Positions 24,021-38,935 are shown, counted from the first letter of the stretch. The stretch: DNA of 64,000 bases from Azolla caroliniana (GCA_043228905.1 JBHGNT010000025.1:124001-188000), one strand, 5' to 3'. Notes: generated by a model not told the origin, from the letters alone. A program made the numbers and translations.

Positions 24021-27000
24021 AAGATTTTGAAACTCAGGTCGAGAGATATGAAGAAATTAGCAATCTTGAGGAGGGAGTTGAGAGGAGCCCTTGAGTACAT
24101 TAAAATGTTCATACCTGGCGCGTGTGATATCGGATTTTTGTGTTCAAACATGCGAATCGAAGCTAACAATGCTAGCTATTATATGGAACTAAAAAATCAA
24201 GATTTTGAAACTCAGGTCGAGAGATATGAAGAAATTAGCAATCTTGAGGAGGGAGTTGAGAGGAGCCCTTGAGTACATTAAAATGTTCATACCTGGCGCG
24301 TGTGATATCGTATTTTTGTGTTCAAACATGCGAATCGAAGCTAACAACACTAGCTATTCTATGGAACTAAAAAATCAAGATTTTGAAACTCAGGTCGAGA
24401 GATATGAAGAAATTAGCAATCTTGAGGAGGGAGTTGAGAGGAGCCCTTGAGTAAATTAAAATGTTCATACCTGGCTCGTGTGATATCGGATTTTTGTGTT
24501 CAAATATGCGAATCGAAGCTCACAACGCTAGCTATGATATGGTATTAAAAAATCATGATTTTGAAATTGAGGTCGAGAGACATGAAGAAATTAGCAATCT
24601 TGAGGAGGGAGTTGAGGGGAGCCCTTGAGTACATTAAAATGTTCATACCTGGCATGTGTGATATCGGATTTTTGTGTTCAAACATGCGAATCGAAGCTAA
24701 CAATGCTAGCTATTATATGGAACTAAAAAATCAAGATTTTGAAACTCAGGTCGAGAGATATGAAGAAATTAGCAATCTTGAGGAGGGAGTTGAGAGGAGC
24801 CCTTGAGTGCATTAAAATGTTCATACCTGGCGCGTGTGATATCGGATTTTTGTGTTCAAACATGCGAATCGAAGCTAACAATGCTAGCTATTATATGGAA
24901 CTAAAAAATCAAGATTTTGAAACTCAGCTCGAGAGATATGAAGAAATTAGCAATCTTGAGGAGGGAGTTGAGAGGAGCACTTGAGTATATTAAAATGTTT
25001 ATACCTGGCTCGTGTGATATCGGATTTTTGTGTTCAAACATGCGAATCGAAGCTAATCACGCTAGCTATGACATGTTATTAAAAAATCAAGATTTTGAAA
25101 CTCAGGTAGAGAGACATGACGAAATTACCTAATTTGAGGAGTGAGTTGAGAGGAGCCCTTGGGTACATTACAATGTTCATACCTGGCTCGTGTGATATCG
25201 GATTTTTGTGTTCAAACATGCGAATCGAAGCTCACAACGCTAGCTATGATATGGTATTAAAAAATCATGATTTTGAAATTGAGGTCGAGAGACATGAAGA
25301 AATTAGCAATCTTGAGGAGGGAGTTGAGAGGAGCCCTTGAGTACATTAAAATGTTCATACCTGGCGCGTGTGATATCGGATTTTTGTGTTCAAACATGCG
25401 AATCGAAGCTAACAACGCTAGCTATGACATGGTATTAAAAAATCAAGCTTTTGAAACTCAGGTCGAGAGACATGACGAAATTACCTAATTTGAGGACTGA
25501 GTTGAGACGACCTAGTAGGTAAATTAAAATGTTCATACCTGGCGCGTGTGATATCGGATTTTTGTGTTCAAACATGCGCATCAAGCTAACAACGCTAGCT
25601 ATTATATGGAACTAAAAAATCAAGATTTTGAAACTCAGGTCGAGAGATATGAAGAAATTAGCAATCTTGAGGAGGGAGTTGAGAGGAGCCCTTGAGTACA
25701 TTAAAATGTTCATACCTGGCGCGTGTGATATCGTATTTTTGTGTTCAAACATGCGAATCGAAGCTAACAACACTAGCTATTCTATGGAACTAAAAAATCA
25801 AGATTTTGAAACTCAGGTCGAGAGATATGAAGAAATTAGCAATCTTGAGGAGGGAGTTGAGAGGAGCCCTTGAGTAAATTAAAATGTTCATACCTGGCTC
25901 GTGTGATATCGGATTTTTGTGTTCAAACATGCGAATCGAAGCTCACAACGCTAGCTATGATATGGTATTAAAAAATCATGATTTTGAAATTGAGGTCGAG
26001 AGACATGAAGAAATTAGCAATCTTGAGGAGGGAGTTGAGAGGAGCCCTTGAGTACATTAAAATGTTCATACCTGGCGCGTGTGATATCGGATTTTTGTGT
26101 TCAAACATGCGAATCGAAGCTAACAACGCTAGCTATGACATGGTATTAAAAAATCAAGATTTTGAAACTCAGGTCGAGAGATATGAAGAAATTACCTACT
26201 TTGAGGAGGGAGTTGAGAGGAGCCCTTGAGTAAATTAAAATGTTCATACCTGGCTCGTGTGATATCGGATTTTTGTGTTCAACCATGCGAATCGAAGCTC
26301 ACAACGCTAGCTATGATATGGTATTAAAAAATCATGATTTTGAAATTGAGGTCGAGAGACATGAAGAAATTAGCAATCTTGAGGAGGGAGTTGAGAGGAG
26401 CCCTTGAGTACATTAAAATGTTCATACCTGGCGCGTGTGATATCGTATTTTTGTGTTCAAACATGCGAATCGAAGCTAACAACACTAGCTATTCTATGGA
26501 ACTAAAAAATCAAGATTTTGAAACTCAGGTCGAGAGATATGAAGAAATTAGCAATCTTGAGGAGGGAGTTGAGAGGAGCCCTTGAGTAAATTAAAATGTT
26601 CATACCTGGCTCGTGTGATATCGGATTTTTGTGTTCAAACATGCGAATCGAAGCTCACAACGCTAGCTATGATATGGTATTAAAAAATCATGATTTTGAA
26701 ATTGAGGTCGAGAGACATGAAGAAATTAGCAATCTTGAGGAGGGAGTTGAGAGGAGCCCTTGAGTACATTAAAATGTTCATACCTGGCACGTGTGATATC
26801 GGATTTTTGTGTTCAAACATGCGAATCGAAGCTAACAATGCTAGCTATTATATGGAACTAAAAAATCAAGATTTTGAAACTCAGGTCGAGAGATATGAAG
26901 AAATTAGCAATCTTGAGGAGGGAGTTGAGAGGAGCACTTGAGTATATTAAAATGTTTATACCTGGCTCGTGTGATATCGGATTTTTGTGTTCAAACATGC

Positions 27001-29549
27001 GAATCGAAGCTAATCACGCTAGCTATGACATGTTATTAAAAAATCAAGATTTTGAAACTCAGGTCGAGAGACATGACGAAATTACCTAATTTGAGGACTG
27101 AGTTGAGACGACCTAGTAGGTAAATTAAAATGTTCATACCTGGCTCGTGTGATATCGGATTGTTGTGTTCAAACATGCGAATCAAGCTAACAACGCTAGC
27201 TATTATATGGAACTAAAAAATCAAGATTTTGAAACTCAGGTCGAGAGATATGAAGAAATTAGCAATCTTGAGGAGGGAGTTGAGAGGAGCCCTTGAGTAC
27301 ATTAAAATGTTCATACCTGGCGCGTGTGATATCGGATTTTTGTGTTCAAACATGCGAATCGAAGCTAACAATGCTAGCTATTATATGGAACTAAAAAATC
27401 AAGATTTTGAAACTCAGGTCGAGAGATATGAAGAAATTAGCAATCTTGAGGAGGGAGTTGAGAGGAGCCCTTGAGTACATTAAAATGTTCATACCTGGCG
27501 CGTGTGATATCGTATTTTTGTGTTCAAACATGCGAATCGAAGCTAACAACACTAGCTATTCTATGGAACTAAAAAATCAAGATTTTGAAACTCAGGTCGA
27601 GAGATATGAAGAAATTAGCAATCTTGAGGAGGGAGTTGAGAGGAGCCCTTGAGTAAATTAAAATGTTCATACCTGGCTCGTGTGATATCGGATTTTTGTG
27701 TTCAAACATGCGAATCGAAGCTCACAACGCTAGCTATGATATGGTATTAAAAAATCATGATTTTGAAATTGAGGTCGAGAGACATGAAGAAATTAGCAAT
27801 CTTGAGGAGGGAGTTGAGAGGAGCCCTTGAGTACATTAAAATGTTCATACCTGGCATGTGTGATATCGGATTTTTGTGTTCAAACATGCGAATCGAAGCT
27901 CACAACGCTAGCTATGATATGGTATTAAAAAATCATGATTTTGAAATTGAGGTCGAGAGACATGAAGAAATTAGCAATCTTGAGGAGGGAGTTGAGAGGA
28001 GCCCTTGAGTACATTAAAATGTTCATACCTGGCATGTGTGATATCGGATTTTTGTGTTCAAACATGCGAATCGAAGCTAACAATGCTAGCTATTATATGG
28101 AACTAAAAAATCAAGATTTTGAAACTCAGGTCGAGAGATATGAAGAAATTAGCAATCTTGAGGAGGGAGTTGAGAGGAGCCCTTGAGTGCATTAAAATGT
28201 TCATACCTGGCGCGTGTGATATCGGATTTTTGTGTTCAAACATGCGAATCGAAGCTAACAATGCTAGCTATTATATGGAACTAAAAAATCAAGATTTTGA
28301 AACTCAGCTCGAGAGATATGAAGAAATTAGCAATCTTGAGGAGGGAGTTGAGAGGAGCACTTGAGTATATTAAAATGTTTATACCTGGCTCGTGTGATAT
28401 CGGATTTTTGTGTTCAAACATGCGAATCGAAGCTAATCACGCTAGCTATGACATGTTATTAAAAAATCAAGATTTTGAAACTCAGGTAGAGAGACATGAC
28501 GAAATTACCTAATTTGAGGAGTGAGTTGAGAGGAGCCCTTGGGTACATTACAATGTTCATACCTGGCTCGTGTGATATCGGATTTTTGTGTTCAAACATG
28601 CGAATCGAAGCTCACAACGCTAGCTATGATATGGTATTAAGAAATCATGATTTTGAAATTGAGGTCGAGAGACATGAAGAAATTAGCAATCTTGAGGAGG
28701 GAGTTGAGAGGAGCCCTTGAGTACATTAAAATGTTCATACCTGGCGCGTGTGATATCGGATTTTTGTGTTCAAACATGCGAATCGAAGCTAACAACGCTA
28801 GCTATGACATGGTATTAAAAAATCAAGATTTTGAAACTCAGGTCGAGAGACATGACGAAATTACCTAATTTGAGGACTGAGTTGAGACGACCTAGTAGGT
28901 AAATTAAAATGTTCATACCTGGCTCGTGTGATATCGGATTTTTGTGTTCAAACATGCGCATCAAGCTAACAACGCTAGCTATTATATGGAACTAAAAAAT
29001 CAAGATTTTGAAACTCAGGTCGAGAGATATGAAGAAATTAGCAATCTTGAGGAGGGAGTTGAGAGGAGCCCTTGAGTACATTAAAATGTTCATACCTGGC
29101 GCGTGTGATATCGGATTTTTGTGTTCAAACATGCGAATCGAAGCTAACAATGCTAGCTATTATATGGAACTAAAAAATCAAGATTTTGAAACTCAGGTCG
29201 AGAGATATGAAGAAATTAGCAATCTTGAGGAGGGAGTTGAGAGGAGCCCTTGAGTGCATTAAAATGCTCATACCTGGCGCGTGTGATATCGGATTTTTGT
29301 GTTCAAACATGCGAATCGAAGCTAACAACACTAGCTATTCTATGGAACTAAAAAATCAAGATTTTGAAACTCAGGTCGAGAGATATGAAGAAATTAGCAA
29401 TCTTGAGGAGGGAGTTGAGAGGAGCCCTTGAGTAAATTAAAATGTTCATACCTGGCTCGTGTGATATCGGATTTTTGTGTTCAAACATGCGAATCGAAGC
29501 TCACAACGCTAGCTATGATATGGTATTAAAAAATCATGATTTTGAAATT

Positions 29550-32500
29550 GAGGTCGAGAGACATGAAGAAATTAGCAATCTTGAGGAGGGAGTTGAGAGG
29601 AGCCCTTGAGTACATTAAAATGTTCATACCTGGCGCGTGTGATATCGGATTTTTGTGTTCAAACATGCGAATCGAAGCTAACAACGCTAGCTATGACATG
29701 GTATTAAAAAATCAAGATTTTGAAACTCAGGTCGAGAGATATGAAGAAATTACCTACTTTGAGGAGGGAGTTGAGAGGAGCCCTTGAGTAAATTAAAATG
29801 TTCATACCTGGCTCGTGTGATATCGGATTTTTGTGTTCAACCATGCGAATCGAAGCTCACAACGCTAGCTATGATATGGTATTAAAAAATCATGATTTTG
29901 AAATTGAGGTCGAGAGACATGAAGAAATTAGCAATCTTGAGGAGGGAGTTGAGAGGAGCCCTTGAGTACATTAAAATGTTCATACCTGGCGCGTGTGATA
30001 TCGGATTTTTGTGTTCAAACATGCGAATCGAAGCTAACAACGCTAGCTATGACATGGTATTAAAAAATCAAGATTTTGAAACTCAGGTCGAGAGATATGA
30101 AGAAATTAGCAATCTTGAGGAGGGAGTTGAGAGGAGCACTTGAGTATATTAAAATGTTTATACCTGGCTCGTGTGATATCGGATTTTTGTGTTCAAACAT
30201 GCGAATCGAAGCTAATCACGCTAGCTATGACATGTTATTAAAAAATCAAGATTTTGAAACTCAGGTAGAGAGACATGACGAAATTACCTAATTTGAGGAG
30301 TGAGTTGAGAGGAGCCCTTGGGTACATTACAATGTTCATACCTGGCTCGTGTGATATCGGATTTTTGTGTTCAAACATGCGAATCGAAGCTCACAACGCT
30401 AGCTATGATATGGTATTAAAAAATCATGATTTTGAAATTGAGGTCGAGAGACATGAAGAAATTAGCAATCTTGAGGAGGGAGTTGAGAGGAGCCCTTGAG
30501 TACATTAAAATGTTCATACCTGGCGCGTGTGATATCGAATTTTTGTGTTCAAACATGCGAATCGAAGCTAACAACGCTAGCTATGACATGGTATTAAAAA
30601 ATCAAGATTTTGAAACTCAGGTCGAGAGATATGAAGAAATTACCTACTTTGAGGAGGGAGTTGAGAGGAGCCCTTGAGTAAATTAAAATGTTCATACCTG
30701 GCTCGTGTGATATCGGATTTTTGTGTTCAACCATGCGAATCGAAGCTCACAACGCTAGCTATGATATGGTATTAAAAAATCATGATTTTGAAATTGAGGT
30801 CGAGAGACATGAAGAAATTAGCAATCTTGAGGAGGGAGTTGAGAGGAGCCCTTGAGTACATTAAAATATTCATACCTGGCGCGTGTGATATCGGATTTTT
30901 GTGTTCAAACATGCGAATCGAAGCTAACAACGCTAGCTATGACATGGTATTAAAAAATCAAGATTTTGAAACTCAGGTCGAGAGATATGAAGAAATTACC
31001 TACTTTGAGGAGGGAGTTGAGAGGAGCCCTTGAGTAAATTAAAATGTTCATACCTGGCTCGTGTGATATCGGATTTTTGTGTTCAACCATGCGAATCGAA
31101 GCTCACAACGCTAGCTATGATATGGTATTAAAAAATCATGATTTTGAAATTGAGGTCGAGAGACATGAAGAAATTAGCAATCTTGAGGAGGGAGTTGAGA
31201 GGAGCCCTTGAGTACATTAAAATGTTCATACCTGGCGCGTGTGATATCGGATTTTTGTGTTCAAACATGCGAATCGAAGCTAACAACGCTAGCTATGACA
31301 TGGTATTAAAAAATCAAGATTTTGAAACTCAGGTCGAGAGATATGAAGAAATTAGCAATCTTGAGGAGGGAGTTGAGAGGAGCACTTGAGTATATTAAAA
31401 TGTTTATACCTGGCTCGTGTGATATCGGATTTTTGTGTTCAAACATGCGAATCGAAGCTAATCACGCTAGCTATGACATGTTATTAAAAAATCAAGATTT
31501 TGAAACTCAGGTAGAGAGACATGACGAAATTACCTAATTTGAGGAGTGAGTTGAGAGGAGCCCTTGGGTACATTACAATGTTCATACCTGGCTCGTGTGA
31601 TATCGGATTTTTGTGTTCAAACATGCGAATCGAAGCTCACAACGCTAGCTATGATATGGTATTAAAAAATCATGATTTTGAAATTGAGGTCGAGAGACAT
31701 GAAGAAATTAGCAATCTTGAGGAGGGAGTTGAGAGGAGCCCTTGAGTACATTAAAATGTTCATACCTGGCGCGTGTGATATCGAATTTTTGTGTTCAAAC
31801 ATGCGAATCGAAGCTAACAACGCTAGCTATGACATGGTATTAAAAAATCAAGATTTTGAAACTCAGGTCGAGAGATATGAAGAAATTACCTACTTTGAGG
31901 AGGGAGTTGAGAGGAGCCCTTGAGTAAATTAAAATGTTCATACCTGGCTCGTGTGATATCGGATTTTTGTGTTCAACCATGCGAATCGAAGCTCACAACG
32001 CTAGCTATGATATGGTATTAAAAAATCATGATTTTGAAATTGAGGTCGAGAGACATGAAGAAATTAGCAATCTTGAGGAGGGAGTTGAGAGGAGCCCTTG
32101 AGTACATTAAAATGTTCATACCTGGCGCGTGTGATATCGGATTTTTGTGTTCAAACATGCGAATCGAAGCTAACAACGCTAGCTATGACATGGTATTAAA
32201 AAATCAAGATTTTGAAACTCAGGTCGAGAGATATGAAGAAATTAGCAATCTTGAGGAGGGAGTTGAGAGGAGCACTTGAGTATATTAAAATGTTTATACC
32301 TGGCTCGTGTGATATCGGATTTTTGTGTTCAAACATGCGAATCGAAGCTAATCACGCTAGCTATGACATGTTATTAAAAAATCAAGATTTTGAAACTCAG
32401 GTAGAGAGACATGACGAAATTACCTAATTTGAGGAGTGAGTTGAGAGGAGCCCTTGGGTACATTACAATGTTCATACCTGGCTCGTGTGATATCGGATTT

Positions 32501-34800
32501 TTGTGTTCAAACATGCGAATCGAAGCTCACAACGCTAGCTATGATATGGTATTAAAAAATCATGATTTTGAAATTGAGGTCGAGAGACATGAAGAAATTA
32601 GCAATCTTGAGGAGGGAGTTGAGAGGAGCCCTTGAGTACATTAAAATGTTCATACCTGGCGCGTGTGATATCGAATTTTTGTGTTCAAACATGCGAATCG
32701 AAGCTAACAACGCTAGCTATGACATGGTATTAAAAAATCAAGATTTTGAAACTCAGGTCGAGAGATATGAAGAAATTACCTACTTTGAGGAGGGAGTTGA
32801 GAGGAGCCCTTGAGTAAATTAAAATGTTCATACCTGGCTCGTGTGATATCGGATTTTTGTGTTCAACCATGCGAATCGAAGCTCACAACGCTAGCTATGA
32901 TATGGTATTAAAAAATCATGATTTTGAAATTGAGGTCGAGAGATATGAAGAAATTAGCAATCTTGAGGAGGGAGTTGAGAGGAGCCCTTGAGTACATTAA
33001 AATGTTCATACCTGGCGCGTGTGATATCGGATTTTTGTGTTCAAACATGCGAATCGAAGCTAACAATGCTAGCTATTATATGGAACTAAAAAATCAAGAT
33101 TTTGAAACTCAGGTCGAGAGATATGAAGAAATTAGCAATCTTGAGGAGGGAGTTGAGAGGAGCCCTTGAGTGCATTAAAATGTTCATACCTGGCGCGTGT
33201 GATATCGGATTTTTGTGTTCAAACATGCGAATCGAAGCTAACAACACTAGCTATTCTATGGAACTAAAAAATCAAGATTTTGAAACTCAGGTCGAGAGAT
33301 ATGAAGAAATTAGCAATCTTGAGGAGGGAGTTGAGAGGAGCCCTTGAGTAAATTAAAATGTTCATACCTGGCTCGTGTGATATCGGATTTTTGTGTTCAA
33401 ACATGCGAATCGAAGCTCACAACGCTAGCTATGATATGGTATTAAAAAATCATGATTTTGAAATTGAGGTCGAGAGACATGAAGAAATTAGCAATCTTGA
33501 GGAGGGAGTTGAGAGGAGCCCTTGAGTACATTAAAATGTTCATACCTGGCGCGTGTGATATCGGATTTTTGTGTTCAAACATGCGAATCGAAGCTAACAA
33601 TGCTAGCTATTCTATGGAACTAAAAAATCAAGATTTTGAAACTCAGGTCGAGAGATATGAAGAAATTAGCAATCTTGAGGAGGGAGTTGAGAGGAGCCCT
33701 TGAGTAAATTAAAATGTTCATACCTGGCTCGTGTGATATCGGATTTTTGTGTTCAAACATGCGAATCGAAACTCACAACGCTAGCTATGATATGGTATTA
33801 AAAAATCATGATTTTGAAATTGAGGTCGAGAGACATGAAGAAATTAGCAATCTTGAGGAGGGAGTTGAGAGGAGCGCTTGAGTACATTAAAATGTTCATA
33901 CCTGGCGCGTGTGATATCGGATTTTTGTGTTCAAACATGCGAATCGAAGCTAACAATGCTAGCTATTATATGGAACTAAAAAATCAAGATTTTGAAACTC
34001 AGGTCGAGAGATATGAAGAAATTAGCAATCTTGAGGAGGGAGTTGAGAGGAGCCCTTGAGTGCATTAAAATGTTCATACCTGGCGCGTGTGATATCGGAT
34101 TTTTGTGTTCAAACATGCGAATCGAAGCTAACAACACTAGCTATTCTATGGAACTAAAAAATCAAGATTTTGAAACTCAGGTCGAGAGATATGAAGAAAT
34201 TAGCAATCTTGAGGAGGGAGTTGAGAGGAGCCCTTGAGTAAATTAAAATGTTCATACCTGGCTCGTGTGATATCGGATTTTTGTGTTCAAACATGCGAAT
34301 CGAAGCTCACAACGCTAGCTATGATATGGTATTAAAAAATCATGATTTTGAAATTGAGGTCGAGAGACATGAAGAAATTAGCAATCTTGAGGAGGGAGTT
34401 GAGAGGAGCCCTTGAGTACATTAAAATGTTCATACCTGGCGCGTGTGATATCGGATTTTTGTGTTCAAACATGCGAATCGAAGCTAACAATGCTAGCTAT
34501 TCTATGGAACTAAAAAATCAAGATTTTGAAACTCAGGTCGAGAGATATGAAGAAATTAGCAATCTTGAGGAGGGAGTTGAGAGGAGCCCTTGAGTAAATT
34601 AAAATGTTCATACCTGGCTCGTGTGATATCGGATTTTTGTGTTCAAACATGCGAATCGAAACTCACAACGCTAGCTATGATATGGTATTAAAAAATCATG
34701 ATTTTGAAATTGAGGTCGAGAGACATGAAGAAATTAGCAATCTTGAGGAGGGAGTTGAGAGGAGCGCTTGAGTACATTAAAATGTTCATACCTGGCGCGT
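29550..34800 (+). repeat. 7-mer (1246 bp) and two different 5-mer (890 bp) local HORs
   Basis: ORFs 30076/31322 (1246), 31322/32212 (890), and 33102/33992, 33452/34342 (890). The AGCGCTTG marker is at about 33875 and 34765. Confidence 0.8.
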
Positions 34801-35089
34801 GTGATATCGTATTTTTGTGTTCAAACATGCGAATCGAAGCTAACAACACTAGCTTTTCTATGGAACTAAAAAATCAAGATTTTGAAACTCAGGTCGGGAG
34901 ATATGAAGAAATTAGCAATCTTGAGGAGGGAGTTGAGAGGAGCCCTTGAGTAAATTAAAATGTTCATACCTGGCTCGTGTGATATCGGATTTTTGTGTTC
35001 AAACATGCGAATCGAAGCTCACAACGCTAGCTATGATATGGTATTAAAAAATCATGAGTTTGAAATTGAGGTCGAGAGACATGAAGAAA

Positions 35090-38000
35090 TTACCTACTTT
35101 GAGGAGGGAGTTGAGAGGAGCCCTTGAGTAAATTAAAATGTTCATACCTGGCTCGTGTGATATCGGATTTTTGTGTTCAACCATGCGAATCGAAGCTCAC
35201 AACGCTAGCTATGATATGGTATTAAAAAATCATGATTTTGAAATTGAGGTCGAGAGACATGAAGAAATTAGCAATCTTGAGGAGGGAGTTGAGAGGAGCC
35301 CTTGAGTACATTAAAATGTTCATACCTGGCGCGTGTGATATCGGATTTTTGTGTTCAAACATGCGAATCGAAGCTAACAACGCTAGCTATGACATGGTAT
35401 TAAAAAATCAAGATTTTGAAACTCAGGTCGAGAGATATGAAGAAATTAGCAATCTTGAGGAGGGAGTTGAGAGGAGCCCTTGAGTACATTAAAATGTTCA
35501 TACCTGGCGCGTGTGATATCGGATTTTTGTGTTCAAACATGCGAATCGAAGCTCACAACGCTAGCTATGATATGGTTTTAAAAAATCATGATTTTCAAAT
35601 TGAGGTCGAGAGACATATCGAAATTAGCAATCTTGAGGAGGAAATTGAAAGGAGCCCTTGAGTACATTAAAATGTTCATACCTGGCTCGTGTGATATCGG
35701 ATTTTTGTGTTCAAACATGTGAATCGCAGCTAACAACGCTAGCTATGACATGGTATTAAGAAATCAAGATTTTGAAACTCAGGTCGAGAGATATTACGAA
35801 ATTACCTACTTTGAGGAGGGAGTTGAGACGACCTAGTAGGTAAATTAAAATGTTCATACCTGGCTCGTGTGATATCGGATTTTTGTGTTCAAACATGCGA
35901 ATCAAAGCTAACAATGCTAGCTATGATATAGAACTAAAAAATCAAGATTTTGAAACTCAGGTCGAGAGATATGAAGAAATTAGCAATCTTGAGGAGGGAG
36001 TTGAGAGGAGCCCTTGAGTGCATTAAAATGTTCATACCTGGCGCGTGTGATATCGGATTTTTGTGTTCAAACATGCGAATCGAAGCTAACAACACTAGCT
36101 ATTCTATGGAACTAAAAAATCAAGATTTTGAAACTCAGGTCGAGAGATATGAAGAAATTAGCAATCTTGAGGAGGGAGTTGAGAGGAGCCCTTGAGTAAA
36201 TTAAAATGTTCATACCTGGCTCGTGTGATATCGGATTTTTGTGTTCAAACATGCGAATCGAAGCTCACAACGCTAGCTATGATATGGTATTAAAAAATCA
36301 TGATTTTGAAATTGAGGTCGAGAGACATGAAGAAATTAGCAATCTTGAGGAGGGAGTTGAGAGGAGCCCTTGAGTACATTAAACTGTTCATACCTGGCGC
36401 GTGTGATATCGGATTTTTGTGTTCAAACATGCGAATCGAAGCTAACAACGCTAGCTATGACATGGTATTAAAAAATCAAGATTTTGAAACTCAGGTCGAG
36501 AGATATGAAGAAATTACCTACTTTGAGGAGGGAGTTGAGAGGAGCCCTTGAGTAAATTAAAATGTTCATACCTGGCTCGTGTGATATCGGATTTTTGTGT
36601 TCAACCATGCGAATCGAAGCTCACAACGCTAGCTATGATATGGTATTAAAAAATCATGATTTTGAAATTGAGGTCGAGAGACATGAAGAAATTAGCAATC
36701 TTGAGGAGGGAGTTGAGAGGAGCCCTTGAGTACATTAAAATGGTCATACCTGGCGCGTGTGATATCGGATTTTTGTGTTCAAACATGCGAATCGAAGCTA
36801 ACAACGCTAGCTATGACATGGTATTAAAAAATCAAGATTTTGAAACTCAGGTCGAGAGATATGAAGAAATTAGCAATCTTGAGGAGGGAGTTGAGAGGAG
36901 CCCTTGAGTACATTAAAATGTTCATACCTGGCGCGTGTGATATCGGATTTTTGTGTTCAAACATGCGAATCGAAGCTCACAACGCTAGCTATGATATGGT
37001 TTTAAAAAATCATGATTTTGAAATTGAGGTCGAGAGACATATCGAAATTAGCAATCTTGAGGAGGAAGTTGAAAGGAGCCCTTGAGTACATTAAAATGTT
37101 CATACCTGGCTCGTGTGATATCGGATTTTTGTGTTCAAACATGTGAATCGCAGCTAACAACGCTAGCTATGACATGGTATTAAGAAATCAAGATTTTGAA
37201 ACTCAGGTCGAGAGATATTACGAAATTACCTACTTTGAGGAGGGAGTTGAGACGACCTAGTAGGTAAATTAAAATGTTCATACCTGGCTCGTGTGATATC
37301 GGATTTTTGTGTTCAAACATGCGAATCAAAGCTAACAATGCTAGCTATGATATGGAACTAAAAAATCAAGATTTTGAAACTCAGGTCGAGAGATATGAAG
37401 AAATTAGCAATCTTGAGGAGGGAGTTGAGAGGAGCCCTTGAGTGCATTAAAATGTTCATACCTGGCGCGTGTGATATCGGATTTTTGTGTTCAAACATGC
37501 GAATCGAAGCTAACAACACTAGCTATTCTATGGAACTAAAAAATCAAGATTTTGAAACTCAGGTCGAGAGATATGAAGAAATTAGCAATCTTGAGGAGGG
37601 AGTTGAGAGGAGCCCTTGAGTAAATTAAAATGTTCATACCTGGCTCGTGTGATATCGGATTTTTGTGTTCAAACATGCGAATCGAAGCTCACAACGCTAG
37701 CTATGATATGGTATTAAAAAATCATGATTTTGAAATTGAGGTCGAGAGACATGAAGAAATTAGCAATCTTGAGGAGGGAGTTGAGAGGAGCCCTTGAGTA
37801 CATTAAACTGTTCATACCTGGCGCGTGTGATATCGGATTTTTGTGTTCAAACATGCGAATCGAAGCTAACAACGCTAGCTATGACATGGTATTAAAAAAT
37901 CAAGATTTTGAAACTCAGGTCGAGAGATATGAAGAAATTACCTACTTTGAGGAGGGAGTTGAGAGGAGCCCTTGAGTAAATTAAAATGTTCATACCTGGC

Positions 38001-38935
38001 TTGTGTGATATCGGATTTTTGTGTTCAACCATGCGAATCGAAGCTCACAACGCTAGCTATGATATGGTATTAAAAAATCATGATTTTGAAATTGAGGTCG
38101 AGAGACATGAAGAAATTAGCAATCTTGAGGAGGGAGTTGAGAGGAGCCCTTGAGTACATTAAAATGTTCATACCTGGCGCGTGTGATATCGGAGTTTTGT
38201 GTTCAAACATGCGAATCGAAGCTAACAACGCTAGCTATGACATGGTATTAAAAAATCAAGATTTTGAAACTCAGGTCGAGAGACATGAAGAAATTAGCAA
38301 TCTTGAGGAGGGAGTTGAGAGGAGCCCTTGAGTACATTAAAATGTTCATACCTGGCGCGTGTGATATCGGATTTTTGTGTTCAAACATGCGAATCGAAGC
38401 TCACAACGCTAGCTATGATATGGTTTTAAAAAATCATGATTTTGAAATTGAGGTCGAGAGACATATCGAAATTAGCAATCTTGAGGAGGAAGTTGAAAGG
38501 AGCCCTTGAGTACATTAAAATGTTCATACCTGGCTCGTGTGATATCGGATTTTTGTGTTCAAACATGTGAATCGCAGCTAACAACGCTAGCTATGACATG
38601 GTATTAAGAAATCAAGATTTTGAAACTCAGGTCGAGAGATATTACGAAATTACCTACTTTGAGGAGGGAGTTGAGACGACCTAGTAGGTAAATTAAAATG
38701 TTCATACCTGGCTCGTGTGATATCGGATTTTTGTGTTCAAACATGCGAATCAAAGCTAACAATGCTAGCTATGATATGGAACTAAAAAATCAAGATTTTG
38801 AAACTCAGGTCGAGAGATATGAAGAAATTAGCAATCTTGAGGAGGGAGTTGAGAGGAGCCCTTGAGTGCATTAAAATGTTCATACCTGGCGCGTGTGATA
38901 TCGGATTTTTGTGTTCAAACATGCGAATCGAAGCT
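35090..38935 (+). repeat. 8-mer HOR (1424 bp), about 2.7 copies, with several copy-private SNPs
   Basis: ORFs 35416/36840/38264, 35950/37374/38798 and 36300/37724. The AAACTGTTC marker is at about 36384 and 37808. Confidence 0.85.
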
